This document shows, piece after piece, positions 52,701 to 64,000 of a DNA stretch of 64,000 bases; position 1 is the first letter of the stretch; each line of letters begins with the position of its first letter. This DNA is from Camelus ferus. Taxonomy: Eukaryota. The position numbers and the translations under genes are program-made. The stretch is taken from assembly GCF_009834535.1 (NCBI RefSeq), contig NC_045696.1, positions 50,532,001 to 50,596,000 of the forward strand. The letters are read 5' to 3'. The notes below the pieces were generated by a model. It was not told the DNA's origin. It did not search any database and was given only the letters and a program-made list of their open reading frames with translations.

Positions 52701-55419
52701 GACTCCGATGCTGAGCTGGAAGGACTAGGAGGGGATGTCATTCAGGCGGCTCAGAGATTGTGCGTCCCCACTTTTCGGTTTCATGGAAGTAAATGAGCAG
52801 AATTCAGTGAGACAGTGGCCGGGACACTGCACTCTGAATTATCAGGAGGGCAGAGTTCTCTCACCAGCTGCTCTTACTCTCCACCAAATGCACAGCCTTG
52901 GAGGAACACTTTAGGGAACCCTTCTTTCTCCCTGCATCTGATTCATGTGGCTAGACCAGCAGGGGCCATTACGTGGTGAGGACATCCAACCAAATCAAGT
53001 AGAGAGACTTGGTATGGCACAAGGACTCTTATGGTGACACAGGGGACACTTCAGGGACAGGTCAACCCACTTTTCCGCAAGGTTTGGAACACTGACTCCA
53101 AGGTTGGAAGAAGGTCCTTCTAGTGGAGCAAGCCCTTACTTCTGCTGATGTCGATTTAGCCCCTTAAACCACTCTTTAATCAGGAAAAAACAAAAAACAA
53201 AACAAACAAACAAATATACATATACATAGTGTTTTTAAATAGGCTGAACACATGCCTACTATAGACATCTTAATATCAGGCAATCAAAGGTCATTTTAAA
53301 GTGATTACTAGGGTATATTTCCTCATCTGAACAAAAACAGATTTGTTATTAAACCAGGATCAACATTCATTTACCTGTTTCATTTCTATCCTAGATAGCA
53401 TTTATTTTGAAAAGAGAAAATATGTGGTTATTTAAAAATAATATACCAACTAAATATTGAGTGTGATTGAGTTTTTGTTTGTTCTTTTTCCCTTTTGTGT
53501 GTATTTATCACATATGAATCTTAAAAGTCAATACTGTAGTGTTTGCTCTGCACCAGGCACTGTTCTTAATGCTTTATGTGTGTCAGTTATCATCTCCCTG
53601 CAGCACTCTGTGAGGTGTTCCCATCCTCCTCTCCGAAGAGAGAACACTGATGACCTAAACAGTGTTCTGAGTACATGGATGTTTCTCAGCCTCTAGAGTT
53701 TATGGCCAGGCATCAGGGTTTCTGATTGCCTGTTCATTTGCAGACTTGAAAATGACTTCTTTTTTAAAACATAGTCAGTATGATTCTTCTTCTTCCTTTT
53801 TCCCCTCTCCTAACTTCTCCAAGTCTGCCCTGAACTCCACACAATTTACACCTTGTTTGAGACTCCCGCAGTTACGTCTGGCAACTTTAACTTTGGTCCT
53901 TCTGTTTTTATTTTTATCCTAGTCATTTCCTAGTCCAACACCATTGGACATTAAAACAAGATAAAAGGAGAAGGGAAGGATAATATAGGAGCTGTTCTGA
54001 AATCACCTGGTTTAAACTTCACGATCAGATTAAAAGGGAAAAACTATACTAAATAACTCAATTGAAAAAAGATATGGTTGGTGAAAAATTTTTTTGCTAT
54101 TAGTTTACTTTTTCCTTGTGTGTGTGTGTTTCCTGGGTTGGTTTCTTTACTATTTTATCGCATCTTTTCCTGAAGACTCAAACCATGATTGTTTTTCATC
54201 TCTTTGCTGAACCAAGGAAAGTGAGTACGTTAGACCACATAAGCTTTCTATTAGATCTTACACATTAGTTTCTTCCAAAAGCCTTCACTGACAAGCTTTT
54301 CCCAAAGGTATCTATTCCTTTCTTTGAATTCTCTTGGCGTTTACATATGTAAAAAGTACCTCACCACCAAGCCCTTGTTTATTATCTTGGCTTGAAATTG
54401 TTCTCTATTTATTTAACTGGCACACATCTTGGCTTCAGAGTCAGGCTCCAAGGAAAAGGGCTATTCTTTTCCTTTGCTGATTCTGCAGAGCCTGGTTTTG
54501 TAGGTCAGACAGATTTGTTGAGCTGAATTAGGGAGAGTGCTATATATAAATGACATATTTCCCTGAAGTGTGATTGCTGAGTACAGGAGCACTGAGCTGA
54601 TTGGGAAACTGGGCCAAGTAGACAAAGTATCACAGCTATAATAGGAGGAGCGTTGGTCTGGGCTGTGCTAGATTCTGTGCAGGTGGAAAGATAGTTTTTG
54701 GTGAGGGCAGGAGCCCAGACAGTCACAGAGATGGAGCTGGAGTCCAGCCTGGCCCCTCCGTGGTAGTGGGACCCTATGAGGAAGACTGTCCGGAATATTG
54801 GAAGATGCTGAAGTTAGAGACCAGAATTAAGATTGGGTTTCCTCTAAACAAAAGAAGAGACATTCTCGGTAACACGTGTAGAGGAGAGTGCAGAAGAAAC
54901 ATCTGCCCTGAGAAAGGAAAGCAAAGCCGTGGGACACCAGAGATGAAGATGTTCAGAGAAGAGCACTGATGTGGCTGAGTGACTTGCCAGGAATGTTTGA
55001 CTGGGCTGCTATGACCAAACTGATTCCAGGATCTCATTTTTGTGGTTTTAACAACTCTCCATCCATTCTCTGCAGATTGCCCTTTTGCCATAAGTAAGAG
55101 TTCTGACCTTTCGTTCTCTGTGTCTTTGGAAGCTCCAAGGAAACCATTGTTTAAGAAGGATCAGCTTCTGCTTAGCAGAGCCATGTGGACTGTCCTGAGC
55201 TTGTGACTGGCACCGTTGCAATGACGGCCACTGGGACCCATCAGTGTGTTACAGTTTCAGGCTCTATCTTTCTTTGTACATTAACAAGCTGTTTTTATAT
55301 CTTCAGAAATCATTTTTTACCTGTCATTAAGATTGAGAAAATCAACTGACATTCACGTAGGATTTTTCCGACAAGCAGCTAAAACTCAGTAATGATAAAA
55401 GAATCTCTCTCTTTCTCTA

Positions 55420-56085
55420 ATTGCCTTCATTTTTCTAGCAATTGTAGGTTTATAAAAACATTGAATGGAAAACACAGAGACTTCCCGTGTACTCTCTGCC
55501 CCTCCCCGTTCCCTTACCTCTTTTCGCCACAGTTTCTCCTGTTATTAACATCTTGTGTTGATGTGGTACATTTCTTACAGCCTATGAGCCAATATTTATA
55601 TATATTTATTAACTAAAGTCCATGGTATATATTTGGCTGCTTTACATCTTACGGGTTTTGACGATTGTATAATGAAAAGTATCCAGAATTACAGTATCGA
55701 ACAGAATAGTTTCACTGCCCTAGAAGCCCCCTGTGCTCCACCTAGTCATCCCCTCCTCCCTCCCACCTCCCCTCCAGCCCCTGGCAGTCACTGATATTTT
55801 TACTGTCTCCATAGTTTTGCCTTTTCCAGAATGTCATATAGTTGAAATTTTACAGCATGTAGTGTCTTTAGATTAGCTTCTTTCAATGAACAATATTCAT
55901 TTAAGATTCCTTCAAGTCTTTTCTTAGCTTGATAGCTCATTTCTTTTTTATCACTGATTAATATTTCACTGTCTGATCTACCACAGTTTATGTATCCATA
56001 AACTACTGAAGGACATCTTGGTTACTTCCAAGTTTTGGCAGTTATGAATAAAGCTGCTGTAAACATCCATGTGTAGGTTTTTCTC
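55420..56085 (-). mobile_element. L1MC/MB-type 3' fragment
   Basis: cagaatagtttcactgccctag...ttttgccttttccagaatgtcatatagttg...ggacatcttggttacttccaag. Confidence 0.85.
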
Positions 56086-59000
56086 ATTTTGAAGTTGAGC
56101 AACAGAAGTAAGCCTCTCAGCATTCTATATCTCCACACTTCTCCATCCAGCTCACTGGCTGGCTAGCTCCAAGGCTCTGATAACTGATTGCTCACACCTG
56201 ATTGCTCTTGGTCCCCCTCCAGGCTTAACATGGCAGAGGTTAAGGTCATAGTTTTGTCCAGATGGCCGGATGGCAGATCCCAGACCAGGCAGATGAGTGC
56301 ACGCGTCGTGCTGGGTGTCAAGAGTTGGCTTTTTACAGTCAGACACAAGCAACCTCTCCCTACTTTGTTTAACCTTCTGCGAAATGAGGCCAACAGCACC
56401 TAATATGAGGTTACCCCTAAAACTGCACGTTAGCACTAGAGGAGAGGAGTGGATACTGTACCTGTCAAAGGAAGGGGGCTTTTTGCAACAACAACTGAGG
56501 CAAGAAAAGTAGTGGGAACTGGACATCAAATATTGGCAGTCCTGAGGTAGAAGCCGGGAGACAGAAGGTGCAGAAGCAGTGAGGGCGAATTGCATAAGAT
56601 GGTTGATGATTGCATTAGGATATATTTTGTGTGCCAGGATCTCTGTGGATACAGAAGTAAGGAAGGCAGTCTGTTCTCAAGATCTGGTTTGGCCACAAAA
56701 GACAGTGCTCTGTCATTCAGATAGCAACACTGGGTTTGAGTTGGGAGAAAGCCATTGATTATCCTACTGGCAGAAAACTCTTGAGTCAGAGCTGCTTTAT
56801 TGGAGAAGCAGAGTAAGCAAAGAAATAGGTCCTAATGTTTGCACAGGATCTGCCGTGTTTGCTGAGCCACCCTTCAAGGGAATTACATGCATTATCTGAG
56901 TTTAGGAAGGCACCTCTATCGTAAATTGGAGTCACTGAAAGCAAGAAAGGTTAAGTGACTTGCACAAGGACACGTGACTAATAATTTTCAGAATCTTGGT
57001 CCAGCTGTTTCCAAATTCTCTTCTTATGCTATGTAGGTGATTGGAATTCAGATCCCCTGCTCCCCTGCCCAAGACCCTCCCCCTACTAAGAAAAGGGTTG
57101 TCCCTTAGGTAGAAGGAGCTTGAAATTTTACAATGAGAGAGGATATCTTTTTATCTAAACACTTCACTCATTGCTAAATTTCTGCTGAGAGGAGTGAGCC
57201 ATTAAGAAGTTTAGCATTCATGGATTCCTTACTGAGAACATACTCATGAGAGAATTTCCTGCCAGGAAATTTTGATTATGTGCATTTAGAACGGAGGGAG
57301 GGTTCAGAAAAGGGACAGTATGAGGGACTAACACACAAGAGGGGAGCAGAGATGGAAGACACCGTGGCCTACTTCTCAAATTTTTGTGGGTGCTGTGCTG
57401 CCTGGGAGAAGCCCTGCCCCTTTGAGCTTCTCTCTCCATCCAGGGAGCGTGAGGGTAACTGGCTCTTTCACCCCCAGAGGGTCAGCGAGTGGGCAGAGGC
57501 CAGAGGGAAGAATGCTGGCAATAGCAGAGATGGGGAGGGGGGCTGTGGGGTGGAGACAAAGGGGGAAGTAACTTTTTAAATAAAAAATGATAAGTGATGA
57601 ATAGAATGGCTAATCCTGGGGAACCCTGAGAATGCTGGACCGCCAAGCGAGGGCCTTTCTTTTTTTTCACGTTCCTTTTTCTTTTCTTTCTAATTTTCTT
57701 TTATTTCATTTCGCTGCAGCACGTATAATCAATTACAGCCTGAATCAGGATAAAGGGAGGGGAAGCACTTTAATTCATAAATCAATTTTATACGGTCATC
57801 AGTCAGGTTGTGAATGCAAATACCTCTGTCGGTTTAGGTTATTCAGAATTAATTGACTCCCACCGGGCTGGGCTGCAGATGGACAGGGGCTTTCTCACAA
57901 AGTCTCCTTGGGCCCAGCGTGGGGGCCAACTGCTTCCTCCCTCCCCACTCAGGCCCTCGGCCACCCCCACCCATTTGCTCCTTTACCCTCTGGGCCCCAA
58001 ACATGGAGATGATGGGGGTGGGCATCCAGCAAAGAAGCTGGGTGGATAAGAGCCCAGAAAGATTGTTTGAAGAAGGAAGGGGAGACACAGAAAGATGAAA
58101 GCCCCCAAACAAACCCTCTTCAGCCCAGGCCCTGCAGAGACACCTTTATGTGATTAGAAATGCTTAGCTTTCAAGGGTCTGCTTTTAAGTTCTCTTGAGC
58201 TTCTTAAATAAGAAAGCAAAAAGAAAACAAACAGAAAAGCCAGAGCCCCTGGGCTGAGGCTGAAGGGATGTCATTCAGAAACCACCAGGTTGCAGGGGTT
58301 TGTGCAGCTGCCAGATTGGAGCAGCGGGAGAGCAGCCCAGGACAGAGGGGGAGGCTCCAGCAAAGCCCAGGAGAAGTGAGGGCACGGTCTGGCCCAAAGC
58401 GCCTTAGGCTGATGGCTGCAGGACGGCCCTGGGCTGTGGCCCTGCACCTGCTCCGCGGGCTGGAGAGAGGATGAATGAACAGGTGTAGGAAGGATAGACG
58501 GGGCGGCCTAGCTGGGCAGCACCTGTTTCCTAAGGTAGGGTCTCCCTTCACAAGAATTCATTCTAACTTGGAGAAGACACACACCACCTGTCCACCTGTA
58601 CATTCAGCGTACCCTGTCCTCTACTTTTCAGCTAAACATACCCCTGAGTGTGGTGCTCCAAATCTGACTTTTCGTGGTTTTTCACCAATGGCCCCCACAT
58701 TAGAATCACCCAGAGAGTTTTTGGTTTTGTTTTGCTGTTTGTTAATGCTGATGTGCGGGTCCACTCAAAAATTCTGCTTTAATCCGGTCATGAGTACATC
58801 TCACGGAGTTGGTGTTTCTTTAAATAAAGCTGCAAGTGAGTACAATGTACAGGTAATGCTGGAGCCACTGATGTATCTGAGAACCCCATCCCCACCCCCA
58901 CTCCCAGGCCCCAGGCCCTCCCCACAACCTGGCAATGGTTCTCAAAGTGTGATGCACTAGAATTGCATGGGCAGGGGAAGAAATAGTAAGAAACAAAAAA

Positions 59001-59779
59001 GAACAAAATAAAATTTGATATTACATATATTGCAGATTCCCTGGTCCTGTCTAGACACAGTGAGTCTCTGGAAAATTCTCTTCTTTATACAAATTCCCAG
59101 TAAGTGTGGGAACCTCCCACTGGCACAAAGCATCAAGACGTTTGTGCCGTCTATCTATAAAAGCAAATCCTAGCCTGCTGTCGGTTGGCAGGCATCACAT
59201 TTTGCCTTCACGTAACAGTTTTGTGTTTGTGGATTTTGCCAGAGAGCTCCTGTGAGAGACCAAAACCTGAATCTAGACATGAAAGGAAAACAATTCATTT
59301 GATTGGATGATCGTAAAGGTTGCATGTTCCAAAACATGGGTCCTTAATCTTCTAAAAAATCAGCTGCAAAATCCTTACGTATTTTTAACCAGAACACAAG
59401 TAATCAGCCCCTGATCTTTAATACAGTTGTTTTATGCAAATAAGCTGTATTTATTTTTTACGAAAGGCTAAGAGGATTTCTTGGAGAAATGTTCCAGTTA
59501 GCCATTCTTTTGTATTACCATATGTTATTGGAGGCAATAAAACTGCCTTTCTTTAAAAAATTTCAGTACTTCAGGCTTCATTCCCAAGTCAGACTACTTC
59601 CTCTCCCAAAAGTCTGAAGGTCTTAATGGAGATTAAATGTGTGTTTTCTCCTGCTGTACTTAGCAGCAAAGAGAAATTGGGCAAGAGGGTGGCGGTGTTC
59701 AGAATGAAAGGGCACCTTGTTTGCAAAGCTCCATGTTTCTAAGGTAGAAGATGTTCATGCGAAAAAAAATCCCTAGCCC

Positions 59780-59990
59780 ATTAAGGCAGCATGGCAGGGT
59801 GATTCAGCACACAAGCTTCAGAGACCATACCGCCCAGCTTTGAAACGGCTCCACCACTTACATGTGCCTCAGTTTCTCCCTTTTTAAAGTGGGAATATTA
59901 ACAGTAGCTACCTCATAGGGTCGCTGTGAGGGTTAAATGAGATAAAGTGTCTCAAAAGCTAAGCAGAAAGCAAGCTCAATATATGGCAGC
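59780..59990 (+). mobile_element. MIR SINE
   Basis: tgtgcctcagtttctcc...gtagctacctcatagggtcgctgtgagggttaaatgagat. Confidence 0.8.
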
Positions 59991-60044
59991 CCTTGCTTTG
60001 ACTAAGGGAAAGCGTGGCTGAGAGGTTTGAGAGGTTTCTGAAGA

Positions 60045-60235
60045 GTGGGTCAGTGTGCCTGTTGATCTGATTTGGTCCCCCAGTAGCGTCAGCATCCCTG
60101 GAGACTTGTTAGAAATGAGAAATCCAAGCCCCATTCCAGGACTACTGAACAGAAACTCTGGGGTGGGACTCAGCACCCTGTGTCTTAACAAGCCCTCTAG
60201 GTAATTGTGAACCACACTAAAGTTGGAGAACCATG
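60045..60235. mobile_element. MER5A MITE
   Basis: cagcatccctggagacttgttagaaatg...cagaaactctggggtggg...aagttggagaacca. Confidence 0.8.
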
Positions 60236-62764
60236 AGGTACCTTAAGGGTTAGAGACTTGGCAAGCAATCAGAAAGAAGGTTCTTAGGGTCAAGCAGTTT
60301 GTGGTAGAGAAAAAGGTTGGACTTGGCTCTCTCTATAGGGAACAAAGAGGGCTCACCCTGTTGTGTTTGGGAGTGGAAGGAAAGGCAACTTAGAGGGGCC
60401 GCAGTCTGGAGCATCGAAACAAAGAATGAGATCTCACCAGTAAACAGAACGCCTTGTACAACAGCATCCTTTGCAAAGCCCTGCCCCAGGCGCATCTCAG
60501 ACCTCACAACCTCAGAGCACCTTCCCTCCTCCACAGCCCCAGCCCCTTCCCAGATTCCAAGGCCCAGAGATGCCTCCAACCTCCCTTTCACCCTGGGACT
60601 TCAGCAGACTGTACTGTCCACTCTGGTGCCAGATGAGAGCAGAGGGAAGTCTGAGGCTCTCACCCTAGACTTGTGCAGAGGGCAGCTCTGTCAGGAAAGG
60701 GGTCCTAGAATAGTGGCCTCAGCCATGCTGCTTTGAGATGCCAGTAGGGTACCTTCTCCCCAGCACTTTCCTTCTCCCACAGCAGGATTCCCAGGAGCCA
60801 GAAGGTGGAGAGGAGGGGCGCGAACAAGGGAATTTGAAAGTCATCTGTATAAAGGTAGCTTTTTAAAAGATATCAAAAAAAAAGAAAAAAGAAAAAAAAA
60901 TAGAGAAATGTCCAGGGGTTTCAGAGAGAAACCACACATTCAGATCTATAGGAGGCTAAAGAAGGAAAAGCAGACACAGGGAGGAGCCACAGAGGGTAAC
61001 GTGTCCTGTTAAGATGTCTACTTCCGGTCCACAAACAATAATTGAGCACCCACTGGGTCCCAGGGACTCTGCTTGACTCTGAGAGACAGAAATGCATAAG
61101 GCACAGTTCCTTCCCTCCAGGAGCCTTTGAAGAAGACGGAATAAAACAGAAAAGCTGTGCACATTCCTCCCAAAACGGCATCTGAAGAAAAGAGAACAAA
61201 GCAACTCCCAAAGTTTTTTCTAAACCTTTAACTTAAATTTGAGATTTGGAGTTCAGCAAACAGGCAGAGTGCAAATTATCCACTCCCAACCCCACTCCTA
61301 TACACATACATACATGTTCACGCGCATGTGCGCGCGTGCGCACACACACACACTTTAGCAGCAATCATGTCCTTGTGGAGCTGGCCTGTAAAGGATCAGC
61401 CTGGCTGCTGCTGGCCCTGCCACTGGACTTCAGTCTTGATCAGAAAAGCACTAGAAGTTGATTAAAGAAACAAATCCTAGTAGTTTCTGGTGCATAAGCC
61501 AACTCCAGTCTCCCCTCCCTTCCATGAGGTAAGGGTAAAGGAATCTGACAAACATAGATTTAATTTCCTGTGAAATGCACAGGGGTTTAGAAACTAAGAG
61601 AGGGGCAGGATTTGGACAAATACAGTTTGGGTTTTATCACATAAGACTCATAAAACCCTTTTGTTGTGTTTATCAGGCCCGAGGCCCCCGGGGTTTCACC
61701 CATCCTTGACTTGCACGTACATCCTCTGTCAGAACTCAGCTCTTCAGCTCCCCTCCCTTTGGACTGCCTCTCCTTGGGAAAGAAAAGTAAAGGCACCTCT
61801 GTTGGTGTGATGGCTAAGACTTAGGTCACATGCTTCCCAGGACATCTGTCCCAGTGGTCACTTTCCCAGCTCACTGTCCTTCTCTCACGCTTTCGCTAAA
61901 TGTGAGCCAATCTGGGGCAAAAAGGAGCCTCTGAAAGGGGCCCCTTTGTTACTCTTCATACGTCAGCCCCCAGGTGCTCATGGAATCTGTTTTCTTGCTC
62001 CCTGAGGGAAAAAATGAGCTTTCCTTCCCTCTCAGGCCTCTGCTGATATTTCTTTCCCAGGTCAGTTCCAAACAGCCAAATGAATTTTTCAGAAAAACTA
62101 CAGCTGGAGTGTCAGGGTCCAGGTGACATATTAAAAAATCGAGAGAGGAAAATCTCAGAATCCCTTGGGTGTCATTTCCACAGAGTTTTCTTCTGAGCAT
62201 CCTTACAAGGCCAGGGTTATTCCTTGCTTCTGCTCTGTTGTCCTCCTTGGCCGTTTTCCTCTGCCACTTCTTTTTGCTCTAGATTGCTCACCAAAGCATA
62301 AACCATGTGTCTGTGATCATGAACAAAGTTGATACCAAAAGCTTTTTGGTTTTTTTTTTAAGAATGTTCTTTAGACAAAACACAACCCTGGCTGCAGCTG
62401 AAGGCTGCTGGGATTTCTCTGCTTTGTTTTAATGCCTGGCCCCTTTCATGAAACCCGGGGGAGTTCCTGGGGGTGGGTTGGAGGGAAAGGAGGGGGAGGG
62501 GGAAGAGAGGCGTGAACCTTTACTCCCAGAGTGGGACTTCAGAAGAATTTACAGCCGTCTTTTCTGGAGACTGTTAAGGTTTTATTGCCCTAGAACCAGC
62601 AGTTACAATGCTTCGTGGAGCTCTGAGCTGAGCCCGTGCCAAGGATCCGCTAGCTGGCTGCAGCTGGCAAGAGGCCAGCTCTAATGCACGTTCACTTCAG
62701 AAGGAGAGAGGAAGCTAGCTTAGGTGGGAGGTGAATCAGAAGAAAGAGAGAAACTGAGAAAGTA

Positions 62765-63000
62765 AGGCGTTGTAAACTCACAACTTCAGCTCCGCTGTCA
62801 AATAGAGCTGACTTTGGGTGACTTTCCACCATTTACAAGTGATTTAACCACTCCAAGGCCAGGGTTTCCAATCTGTAAACCAGAGATCGTAAGAGAACCT
62901 ACTTCATTGGATTATTGGGAGGTTTAAATAAGATAAATCCTGTAAAGAGTTTAGTACAGTGTCTGGTCACAGTAAGAGCCTAATTATATTATTTTATACT
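62765..63000 (+). mobile_element. MIR SINE
   Basis: acaagtgatttaaccactc...ggtttaaataagataaatcctgtaaagagtttagtacagtgtctgg. Confidence 0.7.
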
Positions 63001-63799
63001 GATATATTATAATTAATGGCATTGCAGGGAAGAGTACCAAGTTCACACTTTCTCTGAAGGTGAGTGTATCCAGGGAGGAGACATGCTTGCTTTCTTAGCT
63101 CTCAGCAGTCCCTTCTGTGGCCACTCTCCCACCCAAGCCTGCTGGGTACCTCGGGTGGGTGGGGAAAGACCAGTTAAAAAGAATAAAAGTGAAAGAAAGA
63201 AGAAGAGATGGTGAAGGCAAAGGAGATTTACAGGGAGAAATAATTGGAAAAAAGACATGCAAAAAAACTAGGTGAAAGAAAATAAAATGGAAATTGTCAG
63301 AGATGGAAGGAAGCTTTGCAGCTGGACATAGACTAAGCAGGAAATGTGGACGAGAGACGGAGGAGTGTGGAAAGGGACAGGGTTGGGTTTGCTGGCCAGT
63401 ACATCCTTGCAGGGAGGTAATGACTCCTAAAAGCCATGAGCCTGTGGGTATTTCAAAGGAACCTAAGCCGCAGAGCAAACCTTCCGGCAGAACATATAAG
63501 CCCTCTGTATACTTTCCATCAATCACGATTCCTTCTTCACAGCCCTCCCTGAGCCACTGATGAATGACTCACCTCTAGCTGCCACAGTCTCACACCTGCA
63601 GACTTTACTGGAAGCCTAAAAGAGACTTGGCTTCTGAGGTAATAGTCCACTTTGTGCTGTGGGTGCCTCTGCTGCAAGGGTAGGTTTAAAGCATCCGATA
63701 CCTGGAGCTTTCTAAGTGCTCCATAAGTGCTTGTTGAATGAGTGAGTGAGTGAATGAATGAGTAATGTTGAGGCAGGTCTACATGCCTGCCAAAGGTTA

Positions 63800-63952
63800 T
63801 AGGGTTTCTTCCTGGTGGGGGTGGGGTTCTGGAATTAGATAATAGTGATGGTTGTACAACCTTGTGAAGGTACTAAAATTGCCAAACTGTACACTTTACA
63901 ATGGTGAATGTTATGGTATGTGAATATTATCTCAATAATATAAATTAAAAAG
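63800..63952 (+). mobile_element. L1MB-type 3' end
   Basis: gttctggaattagataatagtgatggttgtacaaccttgtgaa...gtgaatattatctcaataa. Confidence 0.85.
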
Positions 63953-64000
63953 CATAAACTATAGCCTTAGAGAAAGAGCCCAGACTAGCACTTGTCTTCC

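Noticed and set aside
10000..64000. Search for a second protein-coding gene or a novel multi-gene system
   Set aside because: No chain of phase-consistent exons or recognisable domain was found outside transposon remnants. Small or non-coding exons cannot be excluded by eye.

Overview
Mammalian genomic DNA, most likely from a camelid (camel, alpaca or llama), judged by three tRNA-Ala-derived Vic-1-type SINEs. Bases 1 to about 10,000 hold the first eight coding exons of NEPRO (C3orf17/RMP64, a nucleolar RNase MRP-associated protein) on the minus strand. I rebuilt these exons by hand with phase-consistent splice sites; the last exon lies off the left edge. Intron 4 is a U12-type (minor spliceosome) GT-AG intron, and the exon 5 donor sits inside a perfect inverted repeat. 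A CpG-island promoter at about 9.2-10 kb is followed by about 54 kb of non-coding sequence. In human this interval lies between NEPRO and BOC (recalled synteny; BOC is not in the window). It contains L1, L2, MIR, MaLR/ERVL LTRs, two degenerate ERVL proviral 5' halves, hAT MITEs and several candidate cis-regulatory elements, including one very strong CTCF site and a homeodomain/POU motif cluster. I found no evidence of a novel multi-gene system. Most listed ORFs outside NEPRO and L1 are spurious. Repeat family names come from memory of consensus sequences, and repeat boundaries are approximate.
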